Virus record (IMG/VR): IMGVR_UViG_3300028034_000003
Location: 1 to 60,475 of that record
Length of the DNA: 60,475 bases
Reading direction: 5' to 3' (one strand)
DNA from: a virus
Both the position numbers and the translations under genes were made by a program. A model generated the notes under the pieces. It made no database searches and had not been told where the DNA came from. It saw only the letters and a list, made by a program, of their open reading frames with translations. This document shows positions 38,007 through 47,286 of this stretch, one piece after another (position 1 is the first letter of the stretch; each line of letters starts with the position of its first letter).

Positions 38007-38207
38007 TTAATAATCTAATTCATAAATCTTAATTAATTTTATTTCAGTATATGAGATTTTAGCAAACTTATAAATTACAAATTCATCTTCATTGATTGCT
38101 ATAACCTCCTTATAGTTTTCATAGAGTGGGCCAAATCGGCCCTCGAAATAATCTCTATTAAATATACTGCCTATATCTTCTTCATTGTATGTCTCATCTT
38201 CTATCAT
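38007..38207 (-). CDS. Early-region acidic hypothetical protein
   Basis: AGGTGA RBS. Confidence 0.6.
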   Translation of the reverse strand: MIEDETYNEEDIGSIFNRDYFEGRFGPLYENYKEVIAINEDEFVIYKFAKISYTEIKLIKIYELDY

Positions 38208-38373
38208 TTGATCACCTATAAAATAAAGGGGCGTATTATGAGGCCCCGCCCCGTTTAAACTTAGGGCCTCTTTTCTTTTTACCAGTGACTAAAGTTTTTA
38301 GTGCCTGTTTTAAAAGTCTTTTAGTGCTATTTTTTCTAATATTCGCCCCCCAAATTCTTCTATGTTCATTCCT

Positions 38374-38520
38374 TTATTTTTTGTGATACTCTTCACCCTT
38401 GTTATTAAGATATTCATCACGGGGAGCGCATCTATAATAACAGGGCAGATCATCGAATAGGGCCCATCCGTCCCCGCCGTTCTTCGGATTGATCTTACAA
38501 TCATCGCACGGATTAAACAT
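38374..38520 (-). CDS. Small Cys-containing protein (48 aa)
   Basis: AGGAGG RBS; MFNPCDDCK...CAPRDEYLNNKGEEYHKK. More plausible than ORF-track 38310-38504. Confidence 0.65.
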   Translation of the reverse strand: MFNPCDDCKINPKNGGDGWALFDDLPCYYRCAPRDEYLNNKGEEYHKK

Positions 38521-38670
38521 ATTTATTCCTCCTTATACGTATTTAATAATGTCATCTGGTGTAAATTCATCACTGACCGGCGCCATAACGTTAAACGCTG
38601 GAATTACTAAAAGGGGGCCATTGATGCCCCTTTTAATATAATATCGAATTCCTTTATAGTTATGCATTAC

Positions 38671-39222
38671 TTAAGCCTCCACTTCTATTATTTCATATTC
38701 GGGGCGGTTACATGTGCCGGATATCTTTAAATCTTCTATAATACCTTCCAATTCTTCTATAAGTTCTTCTTTAGTCCCGGTCATACTGAATATTTCTAAT
38801 TCGTATTCCTTGCAATCATCACATAGGGGCCCCTCATCGGGGCTTATGATGTCATCACATTTCATGCAGCGCGCCGGGATCAATTCATCCCAATCAATTA
38901 AGCCGACTTCATCAAAAAATTCTACTAATTCTTTAACTATTGGTTCATCGCTGCATTCACGGCTAGCCCCATCGAACCAATCCATAAACCAGAATTCGAC
39001 AGCGCCGCCCTCAAATATTCTAAATTCCTCAGACGGGCCGCCCCATGACAACTGGTACCTATAATAAGGTTCGGGCTGATCATTAAAAGTATTTGCCTCT
39101 ACTAGGCTAAAATCGAGGCCATATTCGTTAAATTCCTCGCTGCCTATCTCCATATTATTGAAGGCTTCAATTGTCTTATTGTACTCTTCATCTATCCTAT
39201 TTTCGCATTTTTGTGCATTCAT
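38671..39222 (-). CDS. Early-region acidic protein with Zn ribbon
   Basis: YQLSWGGPSEEFR motif and CMKC...CDDC. Confidence 0.7.
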   Translation of the reverse strand: MNAQKCENRIDEEYNKTIEAFNNMEIGSEEFNEYGLDFSLVEANTFNDQPEPYYRYQLSWGGPSEEFRIFEGGAVEFWFMDWFDGASRECSDEPIVKELVEFFDEVGLIDWDELIPARCMKCDDIISPDEGPLCDDCKEYELEIFSMTGTKEELIEELEGIIEDLKISGTCNRPEYEIIEVEA

Positions 39223-39331
39223 GTTTAGTCATTCCTTCTATTTTATAGGGCTTATTAGGGCCGCCCCGGGCCACAATTAGTAATAGGTTTTAATGGTATA
39301 TAAAGGTTTCTATTTAGAAACCTTAAAAAGA

Positions 39332-39520
39332 TCACTGGCCCCTATTATAGGGGGCCATTACATATTGCATATAGAGTTTATCTAATAGAGCCGGGGGCAT
39401 CCTATTAACTATATCCCGGGCCAATTCATAGCCCACCGTTTTAGCAAAAACGGCGCTTAATGCGGGGCGGCTAACTTCTTTACTAATATTGTTCTTATAT
39501 GGCTTGTTCTTATTGTACAT
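39332..39520 (-). CDS. Early-region protein, paralog of 37076-37255
   Basis: Shared motif; own promoter. Confidence 0.65.
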   Translation of the reverse strand: MYNKNKPYKNNISKEVSRPALSAVFAKTVGYELARDIVNRMPPALLDKLYMQYVMAPYNRGQ

Positions 39521-39605
39521 GTTTCATCAATCCTTAAGCCCGGGGCATTATTCCCGGGCTCTAAATAGTAATAGTACCTAATAGTATATAAAGGTTTTTA
39601 TTTTT

Positions 39606-39947
39606 TTATTCCACCTTTATAATTTTATCAATACGGCCGTATATATTTGCCCTAATAGAAGTTTTATCTATAGCGGCGATCTCATACCAATTACCATATT
39701 GTTTATAGACATATATGTCCATAAACTCGGTAAAATCATATATGACACCCATGCACATAATAGCGCGCTGATGACACATACAAGAATCCATACATAGACG
39801 AACAATATTATTTTTATCATCCCTAGATAGCCCGCCTAATTCAGCTTTAATATAGAGATCATACATAGTATTATTCATGTACTCATTACTATTGATTTGT
39901 TCAGCACCTGACTCATTATATGCATATATATTTTTGTCTTCTATCAT
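39606..39947 (-). CDS. Early-region hypothetical protein
   Basis: Own BRE/TATA and RBS. Confidence 0.65.
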   Translation of the reverse strand: MIEDKNIYAYNESGAEQINSNEYMNNTMYDLYIKAELGGLSRDDKNNIVRLCMDSCMCHQRAIMCMGVIYDFTEFMDIYVYKQYGNWYEIAAIDKTSIRANIYGRIDKIIKVE

Positions 39948-40166
39948 ATTTCATACATCCTTTTATTTTATTCCCGGACATCCCGCCCGGGCTGCAATTA
40001 CTAATAGGTGTTAATCCTATATATAGGTTTTTGTTTATAATCTTATCTTATACGGCCGTGTATGGCCAGCATAGATAAAAAGAATCCAGTATCATAAGCC
40101 CGATAAGCCCTATAAGGGCTATGAATGCCGGGTCATAAAAAAATATTATCATAAACGGGGCCCATA

Positions 40167-40514
40167 TTAGAGCGCCCCGATCACGTCTTCTATATCTTCA
40201 TATGCAGCCGTGTAAATCAATACACGGCCGTTCTTATACAAATCTAGCATAGGATCATAACACATATTATTAGTGGCAAATCCACCTTCATAATATGTAT
40301 TATCCCATTCTATGACTATTTGCGGGCTCAATGCTTCATAATATACACGGGCGCCCATTTCTTCAATGGCCTTCAATACGGCCCGGCGGAATTCGTTATA
40401 ATCTATGTAGCGCGGCCCCTTTATTTCTAATTTGGTTACATGTGGCCCGGCGCTCATGATCAGAGTTGTTTCATCACCATATATGTCTTCTAATAATGTT
40501 TCTTCTTTTATCAT
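40167..40514 (-). CDS. Early-region hypothetical protein
   Basis: Own BRE/TATA; leader GGGATGTATGAAATATGATA shared with 39606-39947. Confidence 0.65.
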   Translation of the reverse strand: MIKEETLLEDIYGDETTLIMSAGPHVTKLEIKGPRYIDYNEFRRAVLKAIEEMGARVYYEALSPQIVIEWDNTYYEGGFATNNMCYDPMLDLYKNGRVLIYTAAYEDIEDVIGAL

Positions 40515-40793
40515 ATTTCATACATCCCGCCCCGAAGGGCAATCTTCTATAGGGGCTTAAAGTATATAAAGGTTTTTGTTTATAATTAATCGTCCATACA
40601 AAGCCCATAGAGCGCTTAAAATGTTCTACCTATGTTATAGTACCTATTTGGCATAAAGTCTTTAATATGCCCCATTAGAAGCCCTAATAAGCATATGTTT
40701 AAGTTATGTTGGCGCTGTAAAAAAAGAGTAAAAATAAAGGGGCGTATTATGAGGCCCCGCCCCGTTTAAATTTCGGGCTTAAAATTCAATTCT

Positions 40794-40994
40794 TCAATTT
40801 ATTGGTATTGGATGACTATAAATTATACATCTCCAACCATAGTTGGAATGGTTGGCTGTGTCACAACAGGAGTCAGCTCCTGCAACGATTGTATTCCCTA
40901 GGTGGTATTCGAAGCATGTTCGACCGCCTTCACTGCTCACTTTCCTGTAATCCCATTCGAAAGTTTTTTGCCATTCCCTTAAATCTTCTATCAT
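40794..40994 (-). CDS. Early-region hypothetical protein
   Basis: AGGAG RBS, own promoter. Confidence 0.55.
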   Translation of the reverse strand: MIEDLREWQKTFEWDYRKVSSEGGRTCFEYHLGNTIVAGADSCCDTANHSNYGWRCIIYSHPIPIN

Positions 40995-41062
40995 ATTTTC
41001 TCATTCTCCTTATTGTTTAAGGGGCTTTATCCCGCCCCATAGGGACAATTACCTATATATGC

Positions 41063-41329
41063 TCATCCTATATATAGGTTTTTATTTTTCGTGGTACTCT
41101 TCACCCTTGTTATTAAGATACTCATCCCGGGGCGCACATCTTCCAGGCAGACAATTTCATATTGTCTGCTTCCAGGTGTGTGAATTATTTCGTACTCCCC
41201 GTCAGGGAGTGTAATTATCCCGCATGTCCCGCCGTGTGGCCCGTACGGGTCTTTCCTGTACGCTACTGCATATATGGTATAGCCGCCAGTTTTCCAGTTA
41301 TGTATCGTCGCTTTTTTCTGTCCTGTCAT
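41063..41329 (-). CDS. Early-region protein with a chimeric 3' end
   Basis: AGGAG RBS; the 3' ~50 nt are homologous to 38374-38425 but read in another frame. Confidence 0.55.
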   Translation of the reverse strand: MTGQKKATIHNWKTGGYTIYAVAYRKDPYGPHGGTCGIITLPDGEYEIIHTPGSRQYEIVCLEDVRPGMSILITRVKSTTKNKNLYIG

Positions 41330-41459
41330 TGTTTATCTCTCCTTATTATCCTCTTCCATTTCTATTTCTTTTCCCATGAGGTATCCTCGTACCTCATGCA
41401 GGGTGTCAAGATATCCCGCCCCTAAGGGCAATACTCTATAGGGGCCGAAAGTATACTAT

Positions 41460-42478
41460 TTGTAATAAATAAAAACCTTTATATAGGTTTAAAGCATATA
41501 GTAAATTAGACGCAGGGTATCCGGGGCGCCCTATAGGCCGGACAGGTGAGAGAGCCGGAACATGCCGTTTTTAACTTCCTAAAAAAAGGGCCGAAGTTAA
41601 CGCCGTAACTTTTAAAATTCCTTTTGTATGCAGACCTGATAACATGCCACGCCGTTAACATTATAAATTTAGTTTATGAAGTTCATGCCGTAACACTATA
41701 AAGAAAATCGAGGCGTAACGGCGACAACATTATAAAAAACGATAGCCCGTAACCCCGTTAACTTCCTAAAAAATTTTACCTAAAAAGTAAAAAATTTTTG
41801 AATGTGAAATTAACTTTATAAAAAAATTTCAGAAAGGTTATCACGATTTTTAAAATGTTTGTCACGATTTTTAATCACGATTTTTAAGTCACGATTTTTG
41901 GAATCATTGTCACGATTTTTGCTCTGTAAGTATGGGCTGCTCAAGGAAGTGATCTTCCATAGGCATACTCTAGGGCGAATGGCTCGACTGGTGGCGAAAA
42001 CTTGGACCCCGGGGATTGTCACGATTTTTGCTTTCAGGAACGGGCGACAGAATGGCCTGATTTGGGGTTGTGAGAGCGTCTGTGTGGCGTTTAAATTCTC
42101 TACGAGGGTCATAGGTCGTGTAGAGGGTCAAAATGCTTGTCATGGCTATCTCTGTTCGTTCTCAGGCTTATCTGGATATAATCTGAGGGCCAAAAAACGG
42201 CAAATTTACCCACATTATACCCCATCTCAAATTTGACCCCCCATTCAAAATACCCCTTTCCACAAAAATACCCCCATTACCATTTTACCCCCACTGGTCA
42301 AAATCGCTATCAGCCAATGCGTAACAAATCGGTTACATATGCAGTTTTCATCCTACAAAAAATTTTCGGTCGGCCCAAAAATAAAATCGCAATCAGCCGA
42401 CCAGTATAAAAAAGATACCCCCATCCGAAGACCCCTTAAAAATAGAAAAGATAATTATAGACCAATTACCCCCATGGG
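41460..42478. repeat. ~1 kb noncoding region with iteron-like short repeats (candidate origin or packaging/terminus site)
   Basis: About 7 SCGT(T)AAC copies at 41564-41762; 6 TCACGATTTTT copies at 41841, 41862, 41875, 41889, 41910 and 42019; TACCCC runs at 42230-42475. Confidence 0.7.
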
Positions 42479-42649
42479 TCATCTCGACATCAGCGCAATC
42501 AACAGGCCGCCCAAAGTTATTCCAATGGCATACGCAGGCCCCATCGAACTATAATTAATGGCATCAGCCCACACAAGGAAGCCATAGGGCACACCCACAA
42601 GGATGCAGGCGTACCCAAATATGCGCACATCTTCCTTATTCATCTGCAT
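42479..42649 (-). CDS. Small two-TM membrane protein (56 aa)
   Basis: TGATG overlap; MQMNKEDVRIFGYACILVGVPYGFL... Confidence 0.6.
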   Translation of the reverse strand: MQMNKEDVRIFGYACILVGVPYGFLVWADAINYSSMGPAYAIGITLGGLLIALMSR

Positions 42650-43002
42650 CAATTAGACCACGATTCCTTGAACTCTTCATATTTGGCGACTTTATCAAGC
42701 ACAATTTGCGCCTCCATTCTCCACGCAACCTTAACAAACTCATCAATATTATTCCATGAACTACCTTTATTGGCATCCATATACAAAAAGCGGGCCAACT
42801 TTTCTATTTCATTATTCTTACGCTGATACATCAACAGGCATATGCCCGCCATTTCAGCAGGGTCAGCCTCTTCCTTGAGCATCTTCTGCAACTTATATTT
42901 CAAATAATGATAACTAACGCCATCAAGGGAAATATCTCTATCGGCCAAATACTCTTCCATCTCTTCCGCAAATTTTTCAGTCATTTCATCCATTTCGATC
43001 AC
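42649..43002 (-). CDS. Hypothetical protein
   Basis: GGTGA RBS, coupled. Confidence 0.65.
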   Translation of the reverse strand: MIEMDEMTEKFAEEMEEYLADRDISLDGVSYHYLKYKLQKMLKEEADPAEMAGICLLMYQRKNNEIEKLARFLYMDANKGSSWNNIDEFVKVAWRMEAQIVLDKVAKYEEFKESWSN

Positions 43003-43187
43003 CCTTGCATATAATTCACTATCACATCAGTCACATCTACACCCAATAGCAAGCCTAAGAACCATAGAACACCATAAATTAATAGAGCATATATGGCCGC
43101 TTGTATCACTATAACTACAAATCCAACAATAACTAAAGCAAGTCCTTCAATTATTTCTTCCATTTGAATCACCTCGGTATATTCCAT
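42999..43187 (-). CDS. Small membrane protein
   Basis: Two hydrophobic helices. Confidence 0.6.
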   Translation of the reverse strand: MEYTEVIQMEEIIEGLALVIVGFVVIVIQAAIYALLIYGVLWFLGLLLGVDVTDVIVNYMQG

Positions 43188-43246
43188 TCAGCATCTATTG
43201 CGCCAGTAATCACATTATAGACTTTACTATAGCGATCTCTTTTCTG

Positions 43247-43642
43247 TTATGCCTCAAAATTATAGACATCCTGATACAATTCATCCAATTTTTCAATAGA
43301 CTCTTTCAAGGAATCTCTGAGGATGCTCAGTTCTTCCATACTTAGACCATTCAAATCAAATGTTACATTTCTTTCTATATTCACATTAATCACCGATTCT
43401 AAATATTTAATAGACTCTTTCAAGGAATCTCTGAGGATGCTCAGTTCTTCCATACTTAGACCATTCAAATCAAATGTTACATTTCTTTCTATATTCACAT
43501 TAATCACCGATTCTAAATATTTAATAGACTCTTTCAAGGAATCTCTGAGGATGCTCAGTTCTTCCATACTTAGACCATTCAAATCAAATGTTACATTTCT
43601 TTCTATATTCACATTAATCACCGATTCTAAATACACATCCAT
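43247..43642 (-). CDS. Protein with three identical 38-aa repeats
   Basis: YLESVINVNIERNVTFDLNGLSMEELSILRDSLKESIK x3. Confidence 0.55.
   Translation of the reverse strand: MDVYLESVINVNIERNVTFDLNGLSMEELSILRDSLKESIKYLESVINVNIERNVTFDLNGLSMEELSILRDSLKESIKYLESVINVNIERNVTFDLNGLSMEELSILRDSLKESIEKLDELYQDVYNFEA
43295..43633. repeat. Perfect tandem repeat, 114-bp period, 3 copies
   Basis: Units start at 43295, 43409 and 43523. Confidence 0.95.
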
Positions 43643-44176
43643 TCTATAAATGGATTTGGTTTCAACATTAATGGGAAAATAAATGAAAAACCTTAAACGT
43701 TTAAACCTATAACGATTAAAGGTTTTTATTTCCTAAACGTTCTCCTGATAATGTTTTTTGTTATTAGTTTTTAATTATTAGGACATGTACTACTTTATTT
43801 CTGTGTACTTTAAGTCAAGGGGCCTAAAAAATTGGCCCTTTTTCGGTTGAAAAATTGGGCCCCTTGTATTTACAGTATAAATTATTATTACATGTGATAT
43901 ATCATAATACAATATAGAATACTTATTACTATAATATTAAAGTACACAGAAAAAAAATAATTTTTCAAAATTTTGATGCAAGTTTTTATATTAAATACTA
44001 TCAGTCCACCTATCGAAATTTAATATATACATCATAGTATAATTACATTTATATAGGTGAACAAATAGTTTCACATAGGTAAATAATAGTAATATACTAT
44101 AATATTAAAGTAAACAGAAATCCGATAATATGAACTACAAAACAACTTTACTTTATTAAAAAGAATAAAAAAAAAA

Positions 44177-44560
44177 TTAAGGTATCAACTCTGGATTTTC
44201 GTAGAGATTGCCGATTACTTGCACTTCGTTTCTCGAAATATATCCACCTGGGCAGGAATCTAATGTGACAAAATCACCGTTGCCTACTTCTACTGCCCAT
44301 CTTCCACATTCCCATACAACATGTCTGATACACATTGGTTTGTCATGGCGGTTCAATGCTATTTTCACAACATCATTCTCGTAAATCTCCTTGCCGTTCT
44401 TGTCATACAGTCCAGTGAACTGCATTACATTATCATTATCAAATCTTTGAAGTATATCACCTGCATCAAGACCAAATACATCAGTGCTCGAATATACCAT
44501 CAGACCTTCATCCCATGCTCTAAACTTAATTTCTCTCAAATCATCACCCCATATTTTCAA
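44177..44560 (-). CDS. YopX family protein
   Basis: REIKFRAWD...MQFTGLYDKNGKEIYENDV...VIGNLYENPEL. Confidence 0.9.
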   Translation of the reverse strand: MKIWGDDLREIKFRAWDEGLMVYSSTDVFGLDAGDILQRFDNDNVMQFTGLYDKNGKEIYENDVVKIALNRHDKPMCIRHVVWECGRWAVEVGNGDFVTLDSCPGGYISRNEVQVIGNLYENPELIP

Positions 44561-44723
44561 TCAACTCTTTATTTGTTTTAGGTTTTGGGCAAGGTTCATT
44601 CGGCCTATATCTAGATAATAAAGGTTCGCATATCCATTCCCTTGTTATTTTATAACCTAAAATACATCTATTAAACTCCAAAGCCTTACAATCATTACAA
44701 TTTCTTTTTTGTGAGATTTTCAT
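44544..44723 (-). CDS. Small Cys-rich protein (59 aa)
   Basis: CNDC..C...C...C; ATGA overlap. Confidence 0.6.
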   Translation of the reverse strand: MKISQKRNCNDCKALEFNRCILGYKITREWICEPLLSRYRPNEPCPKPKTNKELIENMG

Positions 44724-45064
44724 TGTATCAACTCTGGATTCTCATGAACATTACCAATGATCTCAATTTCATTATATTCGGCAAATTCTTCTTCAGCATA
44801 CCCATAATTTTGAAGCCATTCTTCCATATCATGAATTACTTCAACTGTGTAAGTACCATCTGGCCTATAATTCCTAATTATATCTTTCTCATATGGCGCA
44901 TACCCATTTATATCAAATATGTTGAGACGTTGCTCAGAATGCTCTTCAATATATAACAAAGAATGATCAGGCAATTGGGCAGGTACAAGCATATCATCTA
45001 CATATCCCCAATACAAAAATTTATTCCATTCTTCGCACCATATACGGAATTTAAGTTCTCTCAT
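44720..45064 (-). CDS. YopX family protein (paralog)
   Basis: RELKFRIW...DING...YEKDII...IIGNVHENPEL. Confidence 0.85.
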   Translation of the reverse strand: MRELKFRIWCEEWNKFLYWGYVDDMLVPAQLPDHSLLYIEEHSEQRLNIFDINGYAPYEKDIIRNYRPDGTYTVEVIHDMEEWLQNYGYAEEEFAEYNEIEIIGNVHENPELIQ

Positions 45065-45439
45065 TCAATCACTCCTATCTTTATTCTTTTTCCTTTCGGC
45101 CAATTTTGCTGCAAATACATTTACTCCAATATATACAGCACCTACAATTAATCCCCAGATGGCAGCATTAGGGTCATAATTCATTCCAGTACCTCTATAG
45201 TAATGCTAACTTTTGTGCCTATAGATAATTTCTTACATATATTAGTTATAACACAATCACACTCATCATTCTCTATAAATGCTTCTTCTATATGACCTGC
45301 TATCCATGGACTTTCTACATGTGCTACTGTACCCTTTCCATAAAATTTTTGCCCTTTCATTGTTTCACCTCATTTTTCCTAAATCTGTTAAAATCTCTAC
45401 TACTTTACCATAATTATCAATAACCCATTTTTCTATATT

Positions 45440-45616
45440 TTACCATCCCTTGTTGCATCCTCTTTTGCAATAGTGTTCTAATTTACCATCTATAGAATAC
45501 CATTCTTCTTTGGGATTACTTCTTGTTCCACATCTTGCACCACATGCATCACAATAATATTCAACCTTTCCCGGTTGAATAACCTTTATTATTCTTTTCT
45601 GTATTACTTTCTTCAT
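45440..45616 (-). CDS. Small Zn-finger protein (58 aa)
   Basis: GAGGTG RBS; CDAC...C...C. Confidence 0.55.
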   Translation of the reverse strand: MKKVIQKRIIKVIQPGKVEYYCDACGARCGTRSNPKEEWYSIDGKLEHYCKRGCNKGW

Positions 45617-45860
45617 ATAATCACCTCAGACCTAACCATTGAAGGAATGTTACTTGTCCTTCAATATATACAACATCTTCAATACCATAACTCACCCAAC
45701 TTGGGTGTAATGCCATTCTAATGTGAACCAATGCTATTCTTATTTTTCTTCCTATCATAATATTCCTCCTTATTTACTCGATACACCTACTATGCAGGCA
45801 TGTTATATATAAGTTTCTATTTTGAATTAGGGTAAAAAAAATTAAGGGCCACCTCTACGT

Positions 45861-46427
45861 TTAGCCCTCATCTTCTTCCTCCGGGTCAATTACTTCATCC
45901 GATGGGAATAATTCAGCCATCTTCCTTCTGGTTTCCTCGGCACTAGTGACTTCTACATTAAGTTTCTTCTCAGGTTCTACACCCATAAACTTAGTCATTT
46001 CCTTACGCAATTCATGTTTAAGTTTTTTTAATTCCTTGTAGCCTCGGACATCACCCTCTGCTTTACATTCCTGTGCTTGTTCTTCCAGTTCATCCATCTC
46101 TTTCTGAATGTCTGATATGGCATCCTCAAGCCTATTTGCAGGGTCGCCATGAAGATCAAGCCCATTTTCAGTGACCCATTTATCATACATCTTTTTACAT
46201 TTGTTTAGATGTTTATTCACTGTTTCAGGAGTTACTTCTGCTGCATTAGCAATTTGCCTCACCGGAATTTTTTCAAGCCATGCATTCCATATATCATTCC
46301 TAAGAATTTCTACATCGAGCCCTTCATTACCCTCTACAAATCTAAGGGGCGGCACTTCATGCCTTCTTTGGTTATGTATAATGTCCAATTCTGCGATAAA
46401 ATCATCACGGGTACGTTTATAGCCCAT
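45861..46427 (-). CDS. HTH protein, putative terminase small subunit
   Basis: VRQIANAAEVTPETVNKHL HTH, helical core, TerS-like KKLNVEV tail. No TerS candidate lies beside terL. Confidence 0.5.
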   Translation of the reverse strand: MGYKRTRDDFIAELDIIHNQRRHEVPPLRFVEGNEGLDVEILRNDIWNAWLEKIPVRQIANAAEVTPETVNKHLNKCKKMYDKWVTENGLDLHGDPANRLEDAISDIQKEMDELEEQAQECKAEGDVRGYKELKKLKHELRKEMTKFMGVEPEKKLNVEVTSAEETRRKMAELFPSDEVIDPEEEDEG

Positions 46428-46488
46428 ATTCTCACCACTCTCTAATATTTATTTAATGTGTATTATATTTTTTGGTTGTATATTTAAA

Positions 46489-46698
46489 TCATACCCCCCA
46501 ATTATAAATGGAGTTAAAATCTGCAATGTTTTCTGGTATCATACCCATCCCGGTCATGTAATCTTCAAATCTGCTCATGCAATCATAATGAACATATGCT
46601 GTACCTTTCACAGACTCAAGATTTTTATTATAATAATCAATTACTTTACCACTTTTCACTGGGATGCCGCATATAGCGCAAGAATATATGGGTAGCAT
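46489..46698 (-). CDS. Small Zn-finger protein
   Basis: CAIC...HYDC. Confidence 0.6.
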   Translation of the reverse strand: MLPIYSCAICGIPVKSGKVIDYYNKNLESVKGTAYVHYDCMSRFEDYMTGMGMIPENIADFNSIYNWGV

Positions 46699-47048
46699 TA
46701 TGCCACCCCAAAAATCTTCTTCACAAATTTTACAACACGATAAAGAAGTTTACTTTCTTTACGCATCTGTTCAGCCTCAGCAATACGCTGCTCCATTTCA
46801 TAGACACTTTGTGCCAATGTCAGGGCAACACCAAATCCATCCTGTTTACCTTCCTCAGTGGCAAATCTGGTAGCATATGTTGTACGCCCGGGCCATTCGG
46901 GGCCTCTCATATCCCTGAGTTTTGGCCATCTCCCATTTTCATTCCTAAACTCTACCATAGCATCGATCAATTCTCTATCAGTATATGTATAATCATTAAT
47001 CATATAATCACTCCTGTACCCACATATGGCCATTCCATGTTTTTCCAT
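46698..47048 (-). CDS. Homing-endonuclease-associated repeat (DNA-binding) protein without nuclease domain
   Basis: YTDRELIDAM......GRWPK..DM....P...TY..RF. Confidence 0.65.
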   Translation of the reverse strand: MEKHGMAICGYRSDYMINDYTYTDRELIDAMVEFRNENGRWPKLRDMRGPEWPGRTTYATRFATEEGKQDGFGVALTLAQSVYEMEQRIAEAEQMRKESKLLYRVVKFVKKIFGVA

Positions 47049-47286
47049 ACTGCTCTTTCATGATAAAACATAGAAGCAATTTGCGCCCTGTATTAATCTC
47101 TGGGTATGTCTGCCCCAAAAGAGTTTGCATGTTGAACAAAAGGTTCTCTAAATGACATCTATTAAATCCTTTTGTAGATACATACAATTCCATTTCATCA
47201 AATGACCATGGGCCAGCCCCAAGGTCATCTTTCAATTCATCTGCGGCATTACACATTTTCATAAATTCCAAATTTCTCTGTTTCAT
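47008..47286 (-). CDS. Hypothetical protein
   Basis: ATGA overlap in an operon. Confidence 0.55.
   Translation of the reverse strand: MKQRNLEFMKMCNAADELKDDLGAGPWSFDEMELYVSTKGFNRCHLENLLFNMQTLLGQTYPEINTGRKLLLCFIMKEQYGKTWNGHMWVQE

Noticed and set aside
38310-38504. ORF-track 64-aa protein
   Set aside because: The overlapping frame 38374-38520 has an AGGAGG RBS and a conserved duplicate tail.
41564-42030. Mini-CRISPR array
   Set aside because: Repeats are only 7-11 bp with irregular spacing.
41816-42554. ORFs in the repeat region (41816-42112, 41859-42236, 42339-42554)
   Set aside because: Repeat-derived low-complexity translations with no RBS.
43295-43633. CRISPR array or ncRNA repeat
   Set aside because: Head-to-tail coding repeat with no spacers.
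45368-45442. Programmed read-through of TAA 45440
   Set aside because: No known TAA recoding in archaea. A nonsense mutation or chance open frame is more likely.
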